Shown: positions 21,715 through 23,388 of the stretch, piece by piece
How positions within the stretch are numbered: the stretch's first letter is position 1
How the letters are laid out: each line of letters opens with the position of its first letter
From: Tubiluchus corallicola
Taxonomy: Eukaryota > Animalia > Priapulida
Direction: 5' to 3'
DNA: 23,388 nt
NCBI GenBank assembly: GCA_030141605.1
Contig: JAQGDQ010001850.1
Location: 1-23,388, forward strand
Made by a program: the position numbers and the translations under genes
Notes under the pieces: model-generated
What the model was told of the DNA's origin: nothing
Databases searched by the model: none
Seen by the model: only the letters and a program-made list of their open reading frames with translations

Positions 21715-21869
21715 TTCCGATAGACAGAATGCAAGGGCTAAACATGCTGTATGTATTTGTAGACATCAAGATTGATGCACTTCATTTTATTCAAACATTG
21801 CAGCACAACTTTTCTTATGGTTCAACACTAGCCTTAGTCAGCACTATACAATTTATTGGTACATTGCAG
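21715..21869 (+). CDS. DPH1: Diphthamide biosynthesis protein 1, internal exon
   Basis: 155 nt, tttacag|tt...cag|gtagtt. Translates (I)PIDRMQGLNMLYVFVDIKIDALHFIQTLQHNFSYGSTLALVSTIQFIGTLQ, with the LYVFVDI and LVSTIQF motifs. Phase is compatible with both neighbours. Confidence 0.96.
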
Positions 21870-22524
21870 GTAGTTTTATGATACTTAATCATCAATATTT
21901 ATGAAGTAGATTAAAGTAATTTGAAGTAGAATAAAGTAAATAAAGTATGCAGTAATCATACCAAGAAATTAATATCAGAATTGCATAGCTAGGCCTTATC
22001 GTGTTATGGCATCAATGGTGGCTCGTGTAGAGGTACTGCAGCTCCCTCTGTTTTCACTCTTTATTATCAATAATATTCAATGTAATAAGTCTTTTTTCTT
22101 TATTTCTTTTTTTACTTGTGCGGAACCGGAGTACGTGAGGCAAGTACAATTTCCTTCACAGCTCAAGCAACGTGTGTTTGGCTGTTGTGTGCATGCGGCC
22201 ATGCTCACATCTCTGAGATAAGACGCTGTGCTTTATTAGAAAGAGTACTGTCGCTCATGTAGTATGTGTTGTCAGTTGTCACGTGCTTTAAAGCTGTGCT
22301 CTGGCTTATTCTTGAACTGCGACAATTTAGTCTATTTGTAAGAAAACAATATTTTTCGTTTAGGAGTTTTTTGAGGTTATCTTTAAATTCATTTGTTTGC
22401 GTAAAATTACAATTACAATATTATAATTACATATGTTTGTTTTGTTTTACACAGTCTTAAAACAAATTTTTAATTTTGCAGCATCCCCACTGATTTTAGC
22501 TACGAGTCCCCAGCGAGTTTTCAC

Positions 22525-22907
22525 GCCAAGTAACTCTCAGGTTTGTTATGGCTAGAGAGCAAAGCTTGCTGTGAGAGTTACTCTCCAACAGTAAGCGCGA
22601 GCCGACACTGCTTTCTCTGTTCACTGCAAGTAACTTGCCAAGTAACTCGCATTTGCGTTCAGGCTAGAGAGCAAAACTTGCCACGAGTTACTCTCCAACA
22701 GTAAGCGCGAGCCGACACTGCTTTCTCTGTTCACTACGAGAAGTCCCTAGAGTAACTCATCGAGGCGTTTACACTGGGCGCAACTCATAGCGACTGTCGG
22801 AGAGTTTGCAATAATTTACCCGCAGTAACTCACAAAGCAGTTCATACATGCGAGTTTGCTGTCAGAGAGAAAGCTGGCGACAGAAAATTGGCTAGTCTGA
22901 ACGCGCT
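22525..22907. mobile_element. Non-autonomous DNA-transposon-like remnant with an internal ~112-bp tandem duplication
   Basis: gccaagtaact at 22525 and 22637, sharing an identical ~50-nt block. gcgttcaggctag (22655) is a 1-mismatch inverted match to ctagtctgaacgc (22892). The duplication is certain; the element class is not. Confidence 0.5.
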
Positions 22908-22975
22908 GTTATACTTTTATTGGGCGAACTTGTCTTATCGTGCTGAAGCTATTCTGTCTTATGTTTTTGTTTTAG

Positions 22976-23094
22976 TCGGTGAAACAAGAGTTATCTGACA
23001 ATTTCACCATTCTTATACCTCAAGTAAAACCTTTGTCACCTGGGGAGGTTCTTGGGTGCACTTCACCTGTAATCAGTGATGCTGATGCACTTGT
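22976..23094 (+). CDS. DPH1: Diphthamide biosynthesis protein 1, internal exon (gene continues beyond the window)
   Basis: 119 nt, ttttag|tcg...gt|gtatgt. Translates [39 protein letters not shown](V), with the PQ.KPLSPGE.LGCTSP motif. Confidence 0.97.
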
Positions 23095-23388
23095 GTATGT
23101 ATGCCTCTTTTGTATTGTTATTGTAGGTATTTAAAACTTTCTTTTGGAAGGGAGGAAGGAAGAAGTACTGTGAAATGTGCTCACTGTTGAAGAATTTGGA
23201 CTGCTTCACTTTCTTGAGCACTGTAACTCGTTTGTTGCATGTTCTTCACATCGTTTTATGTTGAGACGTGTGCCTTGAATCTTTTAGTTCTTGCTTATTA
23301 AATGTGTCAACGTACATTTGCTTTCTTGTCTACTAATTAATGCATTTGGTACTATTCCAGTTATGTATTCTTTTTTATAAAGTTTAAA

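Overview
AT-rich, repeat-rich animal genomic DNA (probably an invertebrate) holding parts of two spliced genes on opposite strands. On the minus strand are three internal exons (8276-8415, 3157-3201, 1383-1492) of an alpha7-group nicotinic acetylcholine receptor subunit, plus a doubtful signal-peptide exon near 8938-9070. On the plus strand are three internal exons (19949-20070, 21715-21869, 22976-23094) of DPH1. I could not find the 5' DPH1 exons, so the receptor gene may be nested in a large DPH1 intron. The most striking structure is an inverted duplication of at least 740 bp (1-740 vs 1411-~2155). It places an antisense copy of the exon-4 splice acceptor and 82 of the 110 exon nucleotides in the next intron, predicting a long pre-mRNA duplex. 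A 96-bp minisatellite is also built from the exon-2 donor junction. The rest is CAT/GT/CAGT microsatellites, 22/41/54-bp minisatellites and LINE/SINE/MITE remnants. Most ORFs in the supplied track are repeat artefacts. All calls were made by eye, without database searches.
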